DNA of 32,000 nucleotides from Candidatus Saccharimonadota bacterium. GTDB taxonomy: Bacteria; Patescibacteriota; Saccharimonadia; Saccharimonadales; Saccharimonadaceae. Made by a program: the position numbers and the translations under genes. Of this stretch, positions 24,593 through 32,000 are shown piece after piece (the stretch's first letter is position 1; every line of letters starts with the position of its first letter). The DNA is taken from NCBI GenBank assembly GCA_049296095.1, contig JBAQRV010000001.1, forward strand, positions 540,001 to 572,000, in the 5' to 3' direction. The notes below the pieces were generated by a model that was not told the DNA's origin, searched no databases, and saw only the letters and a program-made list of their open reading frames with translations.

Positions 24593-25741
24593 ATGAAGAG
24601 AAAAAAAATCGGTATATTTACGGGATATTTTCTTCCACATACCGGTGGGGTTGAGAGGTACGTTGATAAGCTTTCGGTGGCATTATCTAAGCTTGGATAC
24701 GATATTGTGATCGTCACTTCGAATCACGATGATGGAGTTAGTTATGAGCAGGGACCCAGCCGTAAGATATATCGGTTACCAATTGCAAAGTTTGCGAAAC
24801 AGCGCTACCCCATCCCCAGAATTAATGTGAGGTACCGAGAACTCATTCGCAATATTGAAGCAGAAAAGATAGATTACTTCATTGTAAATACCAGATTCCA
24901 TTTAACGAGTTTGATAGGTGCACGTATAGGGCGGCGACAGAAAGCCCCCGTCTTGCTTGTCGAGCATGGAACGGCCCACTTCAGCGTTAATAATAAGATT
25001 TTGGACGCTCTCGGGCTTGTATACGAGCATATTTTGACAACCATCATAAAGAAATATGTTGATGCATTCTACGGGGTGTCGCAGAGCTGTAATGTATGGG
25101 CTCAACATTTTGGCATACGTGCTGCTGGAGTATTCTACAATGCTGTCAATAAACGTGATCGTGAGAATGTCAGTGATTATTACTCAAAAAAGTATAAATC
25201 AGATGAGATTGTTATCTCATTCGCAGGCAGACTTATCAAAGAGAAAGGTGTAATAAATCTTCTCGAGGCTTTTACAAAGTTACAGACAACAAAAAAAGTT
25301 CGACTTGTTATAGCTGGCCCAGGTGATTTATATGAGCATATAAAGAAAAAATATACTCATAAAAATATTGACATCGTTGGCAAGCTGGATTTTGAACATG
25401 TCATGTCTTTATATAAACGAAGTGACGTATTTGTTTATCCGTCGCTTTACCCAGAGGGTCTCCCGACCTCCATTCTTGAAGCTGGGCTTATGGAGTGCGC
25501 TGTCATAGCAACACCAAGGGGGGGGACTGAAGAGATAATCATTGATAATACCCATGGTACAATAATTGATGGTAGTATTCAGAGTTTGGTCGCGGCATTA
25601 TCTGAGATTATAAACGATGATAAAAAACGTTTAAAACAGGCCAAGAAAATACGAACACGAGTTGAAAGATATTTTGACTGGGATGCCGTTGCAAAGATTG
25701 TTGACAGAGAAATTAAAGGTTTTGCAGTAAATAAGTCATGA
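24593..25741 (+). CDS. Glycosyltransferase family 4
   Basis: 382 aa from ATG 24593, 1 nt after the preceding stop. YPSLYPEGLPTSILEAGLMECAVIATPRGGTEEII. Contains the G8 tract at 25518-25525. Confidence 0.8.
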   Translation: MKRKKIGIFTGYFLPHTGGVERYVDKLSVALSKLGYDIVIVTSNHDDGVSYEQGPSRKIYRLPIAKFAKQRYPIPRINVRYRELIRNIEAEKIDYFIVNTRFHLTSLIGARIGRRQKAPVLLVEHGTAHFSVNNKILDALGLVYEHILTTIIKKYVDAFYGVSQSCNVWAQHFGIRAAGVFYNAVNKRDRENVSDYYSKKYKSDEIVISFAGRLIKEKGVINLLEAFTKLQTTKKVRLVIAGPGDLYEHIKKKYTHKNIDIVGKLDFEHVMSLYKRSDVFVYPSLYPEGLPTSILEAGLMECAVIATPRGGTEEIIIDNTHGTIIDGSIQSLVAALSEIINDDKKRLKQAKKIRTRVERYFDWDAVAKIVDREIKGFAVNKS

Positions 25742-26814
25742 AGAAAATAAAAGTAGCAATTATTGGCGCGGGTAATATATCGAACACTCGGCATATCCCG
25801 GCTTTGAAGAAGTTGAAGGATGCGAAAATTGTTGGTGTCGTCGGAGTAAAGCAAGCTAATCTTGATAAGACCATGCAGCGCCATAGGATTAAAAATTCGC
25901 TACTCCTGAAACGCTCTGGTAACTTCGCCCGTAAAATGAACAAGAGCCAGTGGTTTGGCGAGGTGGACGCGGTTGTTATTGGCGCGCCTCCACGAGATCA
26001 CTTCGCGCTTATTGAAGCTTCTCTTTTGAACGGCAAGCATGTTCTTGTAGAAAAACCAATGACCATGGACAAGGCAGAGGCAGATACCCTCATTGCATTA
26101 GCAAAGAAAATGAAAAAGGTATTCTATGTGATGCATAATTTCCAGTTTGCGACTGGGATGCTGAAGCTTGAACGACTTATTCAAGAAGGCGAACTTGGTG
26201 ATATTGTGTCGTTTTTTGAATTTCAACTTACGAACAAAAATAGACGTCTTCCGGAGTGGTACAACGACCTCCCGTTGGGTCTATTTTATGATGAAGCTCC
26301 TCACTTCATATACCTCCTAGATAAGTTTGGTGGAAAAATTAAAATCGAAAATGCTCACGCACAGTTTAATGATAATAAGAATGACAATACCCCGTTATTG
26401 ATGAGCGTGAATCTTCGCGCTGGCAAAGTTCCGGCAAATATCTTCTTGAACTTCGAATCACCAATCTGTGAATGGTATTTTGTCATCAGCGGTTCAAAGA
26501 AGATTGCGTTTTATGATCTATTTAAAGATATATTAGTGGTCTTGCCATCCGACAACGAACATTATGCGGCGGATATACTAAAAAACTCTTGGCGCGCCAC
26601 TTTTCAGTATTGGATAGGATTCTTTAAGAATGGTCTTAGGTTGCTGACGGGTAACTTGCTATATGGTCATGATGTAGTGCTAAGGAAGTTTCTTGATGCT
26701 ATTCAGACTGGCCAGGTTGTTGATGGACAAATAGGCGCTGAAAAAGGGCGATCGACAATCATGACGATGAATGACATCGATGACATAATTAAAAAGAAGG
26801 GTTCAAGGCGTTGA
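25738..26814 (+). CDS. Gfo/Idh/MocA-family NAD(P)-dependent oxidoreductase (candidate sugar dehydrogenase)
   Basis: 358 aa. N-terminal IKVAIIGAGNISNTRHIPAL Rossmann fold and the VLVEKPM motif. ATGA overlap with the upstream GT4. Confidence 0.8.
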   Translation: MKKIKVAIIGAGNISNTRHIPALKKLKDAKIVGVVGVKQANLDKTMQRHRIKNSLLLKRSGNFARKMNKSQWFGEVDAVVIGAPPRDHFALIEASLLNGKHVLVEKPMTMDKAEADTLIALAKKMKKVFYVMHNFQFATGMLKLERLIQEGELGDIVSFFEFQLTNKNRRLPEWYNDLPLGLFYDEAPHFIYLLDKFGGKIKIENAHAQFNDNKNDNTPLLMSVNLRAGKVPANIFLNFESPICEWYFVISGSKKIAFYDLFKDILVVLPSDNEHYAADILKNSWRATFQYWIGFFKNGLRLLTGNLLYGHDVVLRKFLDAIQTGQVVDGQIGAEKGRSTIMTMNDIDDIIKKKGSRR

Positions 26815-27167
26815 TTAATATAGCGATATTCGTTGCATATTTTATATTCACATGCGTTGGTATGGTATTAATCAAGCTAGGTGGACGACCATCTGAAAGC
26901 CTATTATTTTCGCTACCAGTTGTAGATTTTAGGGTAACAGTACTGACATTAATCGGCTTCTTCGTTTATGGATTAAGCTTTTTACTGTACGCTATCTTAC
27001 TTACGCGATATGATTTGTCATTTTTGAATCCAGTGACAATCGGTATTACGTCAATTCTGATCTTTACTTCTGCTGTCATTGTGTTTGGCGAGGCTATTAC
27101 AGTGGCAAAGATTATAGCCTTACTGTTAATTGTTGTGGGCGTGATTATTATAAACGTCTTTAAATAG
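26811..27167 (+). CDS. Small 4-TM membrane protein, SMR/EamA-half (ArnE/ArnF-like) candidate flippase
   Basis: 118 aa with four hydrophobic helices. TTG start in a TTGA overlap with the preceding stop. Family assignment rests on size and topology only. Confidence 0.55.
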   Translation: MINIAIFVAYFIFTCVGMVLIKLGGRPSESLLFSLPVVDFRVTVLTLIGFFVYGLSFLLYAILLTRYDLSFLNPVTIGITSILIFTSAVIVFGEAITVAKIIALLLIVVGVIIINVFK

Positions 27168-27173
27168 TTCTTA

Positions 27174-27539
27174 CTAAGGCTTCTTCTTTTCTGTGGACAG
27201 GCGAATAGATATTTCTTGATGAATATCTCGTAATCGATTTTCAACGTAGTCGACTTTAGTACGTAGCCGATTTGCGAAATATAGCAGGAAGACAATGGCT
27301 GTAATTTGGAGCACATCGAATAGACTCAGGGATTCGGTTTGTGTCAGGTTGTTTGAGAATAGCCAGTTGTAGATATATTCGGCCGAGACCAATCCTACAA
27401 GGATAACAGCCCATGCTAGAATCTGAATGACCGCACGTCTTTTGCTCGATCTTCCGAGTTTATACTGCGTGATTGCACTGAGGATAGAGATTGATATGAA
27501 GGGAAGATTTAATAGCAGTAATATAAGGTAACGGCTCAT
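27174..27539 (-). CDS. DUF2304-like small membrane protein
   Basis: 121 aa with three TM helices plus a charged C-terminal helix (RTKVDYVENRLRDIHQEISIRL). ATGA overlap downstream of a ~238-aa GT2, the usual DUF2304 context as I recall it. Confidence 0.55.
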   Translation of the reverse strand: MSRYLILLLLNLPFISISILSAITQYKLGRSSKRRAVIQILAWAVILVGLVSAEYIYNWLFSNNLTQTESLSLFDVLQITAIVFLLYFANRLRTKVDYVENRLRDIHQEISIRLSTEKKKP

Positions 27540-28252
27540 CCCAATAACTCCTCAACACGCCTCTTAATAAGACTCTTGATAATATTAATGGCGTTCCAGT
27601 TGCTCTGGCCTTTGGACTGAGAATAGTCGGTGTAAATTGCTTTTATAGCAAACTCATCGATAGTGAGATCTTGTTGTTTTGCTCTCCATAGCATTTCGCT
27701 ACAAAATTCATAACCGCTCGTTTTCCAGCGAAGCTGCACTAAGGACTTATTCGAGAACACCCGTAGACCAGATTGAGAATCGGTTGTTTTTGTTCGAAAT
27801 ATAAGATAGGTAATGAAGCTCAGACCTTTATTACCAAGTGCCTTTATTTTTGACATTCCAGTGCTATCGATCAAGCGACTACCTATAAGGAGGTCAATAT
27901 TATTTTCCGCCATTATCATAACACCTTTGAGAACATCAGTTGGGTCATGTTGGCCATCGGCGTCCATTGTAGCAGCAATGGTCATGCCATTCTGATGCGC
28001 ATAGGCTAATCCTGTGGCCGTTGCACCACCGGAGCCACTGTTTAGTACATGACGAATAACTGTCGCGCCCTTTTTTGCTGCAATTTTGCCGGTCATGTCT
28101 CTGGACCCGTCATCGACAACGATAATTTCTGTATCAAAGGGAGACTCTTTAAATACCGCCCGGACCTTCGTCACTACGTCGCCAATAGATAGAGCCTCGT
28201 TGAAAGCCGGTATAATAATCCCTACTCGCACTGACTGTTTTACCACCTTCAT
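27536..28252 (-). CDS. GT2 glycosyltransferase, short soluble DPM1/polyprenyl-phosphate glycosyltransferase-like
   Basis: 238 aa. IIIPAFNEALSI, VVDDGSRDMT, and TMDADGQHDP (DxD region). Confidence 0.85.
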   Translation of the reverse strand: MKVVKQSVRVGIIIPAFNEALSIGDVVTKVRAVFKESPFDTEIIVVDDGSRDMTGKIAAKKGATVIRHVLNSGSGGATATGLAYAHQNGMTIAATMDADGQHDPTDVLKGVMIMAENNIDLLIGSRLIDSTGMSKIKALGNKGLSFITYLIFRTKTTDSQSGLRVFSNKSLVQLRWKTSGYEFCSEMLWRAKQQDLTIDEFAIKAIYTDYSQSKGQSNWNAINIIKSLIKRRVEELLG

Positions 28253-28261
28253 AATGTATAC

Positions 28262-28270
28262 ATTGTAACA
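28262..28270 (-). promoter_or_regulatory. Candidate extended -10 (TGtTACAAT, minus strand) 9 nt upstream of the GT2 ATG
   Basis: The rc of 28262-28270 reads TGTTACAAT. ATG at 28252. No SD in the 9-nt gap. Confidence 0.3.
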
Positions 28271-28332
28271 GATTGACCATCATCGCACTTCCTGCAAGCA
28301 CGGTTATTCGCCTCATTCAAGGAAAAGGTCTA

Positions 28333-28341
28333 TGGTATGAT
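28333..28341 (+). promoter_or_regulatory. Candidate extended -10 (TGgTATGAT) for the nucleotidyltransferase-glmS pair
   Basis: TGGTATGAT at 28333-28341. An SD-like GGGGG at 28379-28383 precedes the TTG start at 28393. Confidence 0.3.
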
Positions 28342-28392
28342 AAGCAGAGTAAGCTTATGCCAATTTGGCTGTAATAATGGGGGTAAATAGGT

Positions 28393-28836
28393 TTGAAACG
28401 AGTTATTGTCAGTGGATATTTTAACCCGCTTCATGGAGGTCATCTCGATATGATCGAGGCCGCTAAGGAGCTAGGTGACTACCTTATCGTCGTTGTAAAT
28501 AACGATGTTCAGCAAGTACAGAAGAAAGACAGAATCATTCTTGATGAAGAGAATAGGTCTCGATTGATGGGTGCGCTACGCTACGTCGATGAAGTGATCA
28601 TTTCTATTGACCAAGATCCTACTCAAATTCAAACTCTCCATCACATTGCTGATAAATATCCGGAAGACGAGTTGATATTTGCAAACGGTGGTGATAAAGA
28701 TTCAGAAAAGGCCATTCCAGAGGGTGAAGTGGCGCGGGAACGTCATATTACCTTGGTATTCGGTGTCGGTAGTGATGATGTAATCAAGAGAGATTCATCA
28801 ACCAGAATTAATCAGGCGCTCGGTTACGACAAGTAG
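28393..28836 (+). CDS. Cytidylyltransferase-like nucleotidyltransferase (HIGH-motif family; HldE domain II / TagD-like)
   Basis: 147 aa. TTG start. SGYFNPLHGGHLDMIEAAKELGDYLIVVVNND (HxGH motif). The C-terminal GGD...SST pattern resembles heptose-1-P adenylyltransferase domains as I recall them. Confidence 0.7.
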   Translation: MKRVIVSGYFNPLHGGHLDMIEAAKELGDYLIVVVNNDVQQVQKKDRIILDEENRSRLMGALRYVDEVIISIDQDPTQIQTLHHIADKYPEDELIFANGGDKDSEKAIPEGEVARERHITLVFGVGSDDVIKRDSSTRINQALGYDK

Positions 28837-28863
28837 CACGCAGAAGATTTAGGAGATATATTT

Positions 28864-30684
28864 ATGTGCGGAATCGTCGGTTACATTGGAAATAGAGAAG
28901 CGCAATCAATTCTCACGAGTGGTCTTCGTCGGCTCGAATATCGTGGATATGACTCGGCCGGTATTATCACAGTAAGTCCCGAAGGAAATGCCTCATTACT
29001 TCGAGCAAAGGGGAAGGTGTCTGAACTGGATCTACTTGTACAGGAAAATAAAAGTAAAGATGGTGTCGGTATTGGCCATACTCGCTGGGCAACCCATGGT
29101 GAGCCATCTGAGCGTAATGCTCATCCTCATAAAGCTGGAGATGTCTATCTTGTTCACAATGGGATTATCGAGAATTACAAAGAACTCAAAGCTGAACTCA
29201 AAAATCATAAATTTGTCAGTGATACCGATACTGAAGTCTTGGCTGCTTTGATCGACTCACTTTATGACAAGGATACGGAGCTTATTGATGCAGTTGCCCA
29301 GGCCTTAAAACTTGCGAAAGGGACATATGGCATTGCCGTTGTTTCAGTTCGTAAACCAGAAGAAGTAGTAGTTGCACGAGCAGGGAGTCCGCTTATTATT
29401 GGTGTCGGCGAACATGAAGTGCTTATCGCCAGTGATGCCTCTGCACTGATCGGTCACACCACTCAAGCTATCTATTTGAATGATGGTGAAATGGCAATTT
29501 GTACAGCTGAGAATGTTGAGCTTCGAGACCTTGCATCACAACCTATCTCTGCAAAGGTTGAAACAATTGAAGTAGATATGCAGGCAATTCAGAAACAGGG
29601 CTATGACCATTTCTTGCTCAAGGAAATTATGGAGCAGCCTACTACCCTACGCTCAACACTGAATGGTCGTATCCTTCTGGATGAAAAGAAAGTGAGGCTA
29701 GGCGGGGTTAATATGACCACTGAAGAGCTGCGAGATATTCAACATTTGACGATTGTCGGATGTGGAACTGCTTACTACGCAGGACTTTTGGCATCGTACT
29801 ACTTAGAGAAGATTATAGATGGTCTGACGATTGATGTAGTTGTTGCCTCTGAATTTAGATATCGCTCATTCCATCTACCGGAGAACACGGTCGCCCTTGT
29901 TGTTTCTCAGTCGGGTGAAACTGCTGATACACTTGCTTGTCTGAGAGAAATTAAGCAAAGAGGTGTGAGGACACTCGGTATTATTAATGCAGTTGGTTCT
30001 ACAATTGCCAGAGAGGTCGATGGCGGTATTTACGTTCATGCTGGCCCAGAAATTTCTGTTGCAAGTACGAAAGCATTTACCTCTCAAGTTTCGGCAATGA
30101 TTATGTTTGGGCTTCAAGTTGCGCAGGCAAAAGGCGTGGGTATCGAGACGACTGCAAAGTATGTCGATGAACTAGCGAAACTGCCAGATGAAATTGAGAA
30201 GGTTCTCGAAAAACATAAAGATGAGATGCAAGCTGTTGCTAAGCAGTACGCTAAGTATGATCATGCACTATTCCTGGGTCGGGACACGGCCTTCCCGGCT
30301 GCTATGGAGGGTGCTTTAAAACTGAAGGAAATATCATATATTCATGCCGATGGGCTGCCGAGTGGCGAACTAAAACATGGAACTCTCGCGTTGGTTGATG
30401 ATCGTTTTTTTGAAGTATTTCTAATATTGGATGATTGGCTATTTGATAAATCAATTAGTGGACTCTCGGAAGTGAATGCTCGAGGAGGTCATGTGTTGGC
30501 GATTACGAATAGTGACAAAGAGATTGATGCCGAAACGACCGTTCGAGTGAAGACTGAACTCGACGTGCTTGCACCAGTAGTGATCAACGTTGTGCAGCAA
30601 TTGTTTGCCTACTATGTGGCTGTAGCGAAGGGAAATAACGTTGATCAGCCGCGTAACCTTGCAAAGAGTGTCACGGTTGAATAG
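28864..30684 (+). CDS. glmS: Glutamine--fructose-6-phosphate aminotransferase (isomerizing)
   Basis: 606 aa. N-terminal nucleophile MCGIVGY, two SIS domains (VSQSGETADT), and a C-terminal KSVTVE. Confidence 0.95.
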   Translation: MCGIVGYIGNREAQSILTSGLRRLEYRGYDSAGIITVSPEGNASLLRAKGKVSELDLLVQENKSKDGVGIGHTRWATHGEPSERNAHPHKAGDVYLVHNGIIENYKELKAELKNHKFVSDTDTEVLAALIDSLYDKDTELIDAVAQALKLAKGTYGIAVVSVRKPEEVVVARAGSPLIIGVGEHEVLIASDASALIGHTTQAIYLNDGEMAICTAENVELRDLASQPISAKVETIEVDMQAIQKQGYDHFLLKEIMEQPTTLRSTLNGRILLDEKKVRLGGVNMTTEELRDIQHLTIVGCGTAYYAGLLASYYLEKIIDGLTIDVVVASEFRYRSFHLPENTVALVVSQSGETADTLACLREIKQRGVRTLGIINAVGSTIAREVDGGIYVHAGPEISVASTKAFTSQVSAMIMFGLQVAQAKGVGIETTAKYVDELAKLPDEIEKVLEKHKDEMQAVAKQYAKYDHALFLGRDTAFPAAMEGALKLKEISYIHADGLPSGELKHGTLALVDDRFFEVFLILDDWLFDKSISGLSEVNARGGHVLAITNSDKEIDAETTVRVKTELDVLAPVVINVVQQLFAYYVAVAKGNNVDQPRNLAKSVTVE

Positions 30685-31863
30685 TTAGCCCGCGAACAAT
30701 GAGCGGATAAAAGCGGTATAAAGAAATGCCTGAAGAATGAGGCCGCTGATAATCCATAGGTAAAGTACTAATTTTCTGTATCCATGACCAGCGATCAGAG
30801 CGACGGCAATATAGATAGTTAAACTAGGTAGGATATAACGGTGGACAGATACGATATTGCTGTTCAGAGTAAACATTATAAATGATAAGATCCCTACAAT
30901 GCCGAGTGGTAGTAATTTCTGACGATGTTTGAAAATCAGGTAGAGTGAACTCATGAGGAGTAAGATAAGACTCCAGAGCGGCAAAATAATGTTTACAAGC
31001 ATCTCATTATCAAATGGCCGAAGTCCTATGAATAATCTTACAACTTGGTAAGCTGATTTTGCGACCGTCTCAATGATGTTGGGACTAAATACTTGATAGG
31101 CCCAGTCGGTGGTTTGCGCATAGGCGTGGAACATACCAAGTGCGTCGTGTTGGGCGAATGAGAGATATGTGGCATAAGCGATAAATCCGAGAGGTGCGAG
31201 TAAAAAGAATAGTATATTTTTGTTAAAGAATTTTCGGGGATTCCAGTCATATGTTTTCAAGAACTCTAATCCACAAAGAGCAACGATAAGGAGTGATGGA
31301 AGGCGGGTTGCTGTTAGGAGTGCTAATAAAATACCAACGCCTAGCCATCGATGCGTCAGGGCGAGATAGTATGCCCAAAAACTTAGCGCCATGAAGACTG
31401 CTTCACTGTAAAACACATGGAGGAAGAACGCGGCGGGCGCTGACAGGACAAGAATGATTAACCAGAGCCGCTGCTTCTTGCCTAGGAGTAGCCGGGCGAG
31501 TTTGATAAGTGCGACAAGTGCAAACCACATAGCGACCGTATTAATGATTTGCCCAGCAATTGAATAATCAAATAGACCAAAGCCTAGGAAATGGATAATT
31601 CCAGTAAGTAGAGGAAACAGAGGATAGAAGGCAGATGATGCGAGGTTATTTGCATATTGACCATCTATGATCGTTTTGTACCACCCCGCGTCCCAACGCA
31701 TCGTATGATCGAAAAGCGACACAGAGCCACCGAAATGACTATCAATAGCAAAGCCACATATAGTCATAAGAATTTTCCAGACAATTGTTATTAAAAGAGC
31801 AGTACCGATGTCGGTTTGGCTAAAGGCCTTAAGCGACTTTAGAATAAAGGATGATGTTAACAT
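30685..31863 (-). CDS. Polytopic membrane protein, PIG-V/GT-C mannosyltransferase-like
   Basis: 392 aa with about 10 TM helices. The loop motif RWDAGWYKTIIDGQY...SAFYPLFPLL matches the bacterial PIG-V-like (Mannosyl_trans2) pattern as I recall it. Confidence 0.6.
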   Translation of the reverse strand: MLTSSFILKSLKAFSQTDIGTALLITIVWKILMTICGFAIDSHFGGSVSLFDHTMRWDAGWYKTIIDGQYANNLASSAFYPLFPLLTGIIHFLGFGLFDYSIAGQIINTVAMWFALVALIKLARLLLGKKQRLWLIILVLSAPAAFFLHVFYSEAVFMALSFWAYYLALTHRWLGVGILLALLTATRLPSLLIVALCGLEFLKTYDWNPRKFFNKNILFFLLAPLGFIAYATYLSFAQHDALGMFHAYAQTTDWAYQVFSPNIIETVAKSAYQVVRLFIGLRPFDNEMLVNIILPLWSLILLLMSSLYLIFKHRQKLLPLGIVGILSFIMFTLNSNIVSVHRYILPSLTIYIAVALIAGHGYRKLVLYLWIISGLILQAFLYTAFIRSLFAG

Positions 31864-31867
31864 GAGA

Positions 31868-32000
31868 TTACTTTGTATTATCTAAGATAATCTTATGGAT
31901 CTTTGTGGCGAACAAGCTTTTATCAAACCGCTTCGCCTTTCGATGTAAAGTCGCTGGTAAAAATGTAATAGTCTCGGCTTTCTTAATCGCGGCAACTAAA
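31868..32000 (-). CDS. 3' end (43 codons) of an unidentified CDS running in from the right edge
   Basis: The reverse frame is open from the window edge to TAA (rc of 31868-31870). Translation ...LVAAIKKAETITFLPATLHRKAKRFDKSLFATKIHKIILDNTK*. It stops 4 nt before the next gene's start codon. Function unknown; it resembles a glycosyltransferase C-terminus only loosely. Confidence 0.4.
   Translation of the reverse strand, partial: LVAAIKKAETITFLPATLHRKAKRFDKSLFATKIHKIILDNTK

Noticed and set aside
24601-24608. Poly-A/T tracts at gene 5' ends (A8 at 24601-24608, T7 at 9517-9523, T7 at 22463-22469) as phase-variation tracts
   Set aside because: They simply encode the Lys-rich MKK/MKRKK N-termini common in this AT-leaning genome. 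A/T runs of 7-8 are frequent throughout the window, so there is no specific signal.
28253-28264. Perfect 12-bp palindrome AATGTATACATT abutting the GT2 start codon as a possible operator
   Set aside because: A 12-bp perfect palindrome is expected several times by chance in 32 kb (about 1/4096 per position). No second copy or partner regulator gene is present in the window. It is noted only as overlapping the candidate -10.
28837-28863. Possible glmS ribozyme/riboswitch upstream of glmS, as in many Gram-positive bacteria
   Set aside because: Only 27 nt separate the preceding stop from the glmS ATG. This is far too short for the ~170-nt glmS ribozyme, and no conserved core sequence is visible.
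1-32000. Alternative genetic code (UGA recoding, as in some candidate phyla)
   Set aside because: Several well-conserved genes end at TGA with normal-length C-termini and coupled ATGA or TTGA overlaps (yidC at 2416-2418, GT4 at 25739-25741, oxidoreductase at 26812-26814). No family-typical protein is interrupted by in-frame TGA, so the standard code 11 fits.
1-32000. Mobile elements, CRISPR arrays, prophage genes, and defence or toxin-antitoxin systems
   Set aside because: No transposase, integrase or recombinase-like ORFs were found. There are no short regularly spaced direct repeats, no terminal inverted repeats, and no nuclease, ATPase or TA-like small gene pairs. The only repeat structure is the intragenic 351-bp protein-domain repeat.

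Overview
This window is the origin-proximal part of a compact, gene-dense bacterial chromosome. A truncated dnaA (minus strand, 1-606) diverges from rpmH-rnpA-yidC-jag across a 270-bp spacer that carries DnaA-box-like 9-mers. rpmH is missing from the supplied ORF track and was found by hand at 877-1014. From about 2.9 kb to the right edge, almost everything belongs to one large cell-surface glycan locus. Only sucCD and a secreted-protein gene pair interrupt it.

Contents of the glycan locus:
- Four GT4 enzymes, two GT2 polyprenyl-phosphate-sugar synthases and one GT8-GT2 fusion.
- Two GT-C-type membrane proteins (DUF2142-like and PIG-V-like).
- GtrA-like and SMR-like candidate flippases.
- A Wzm/Wzt ABC exporter.
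- A full GDP-D-glycero-alpha-D-manno-heptose pathway (GmhA, HddA, and a fused HddC-GmhB).
- A PglF/CapD-type dehydratase with a partner reductase.
- A SAM methyltransferase, a Gfo/Idh/MocA oxidoreductase, an HldC/TagD-like nucleotidyltransferase and glmS.

Most unusual observations:
1. sucCD is translationally coupled inside a glycosyltransferase operon.
2. The methyltransferase and the GT8-GT2 polymerase-like protein both end in short heptad or coiled-coil tails, next to a Wzt that lacks a carbohydrate-binding domain.
3. A 772-aa secreted protein carries four 117-aa tandem Ig-like repeats with conserved, over-represented N-X-S/T sequons.
4. The central glycan genes are markedly AT-rich compared with the flanking core genes.
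5. Extended -10 motifs recur 6-9 nt upstream of start codons, suggesting leaderless mRNAs.

No tRNA or rRNA genes, CRISPR arrays, transposases, integrases or recognisable defence or toxin genes were seen. The organism looks like a small-genome monoderm, possibly CPR or Saccharibacteria-like. That assignment is inference only.
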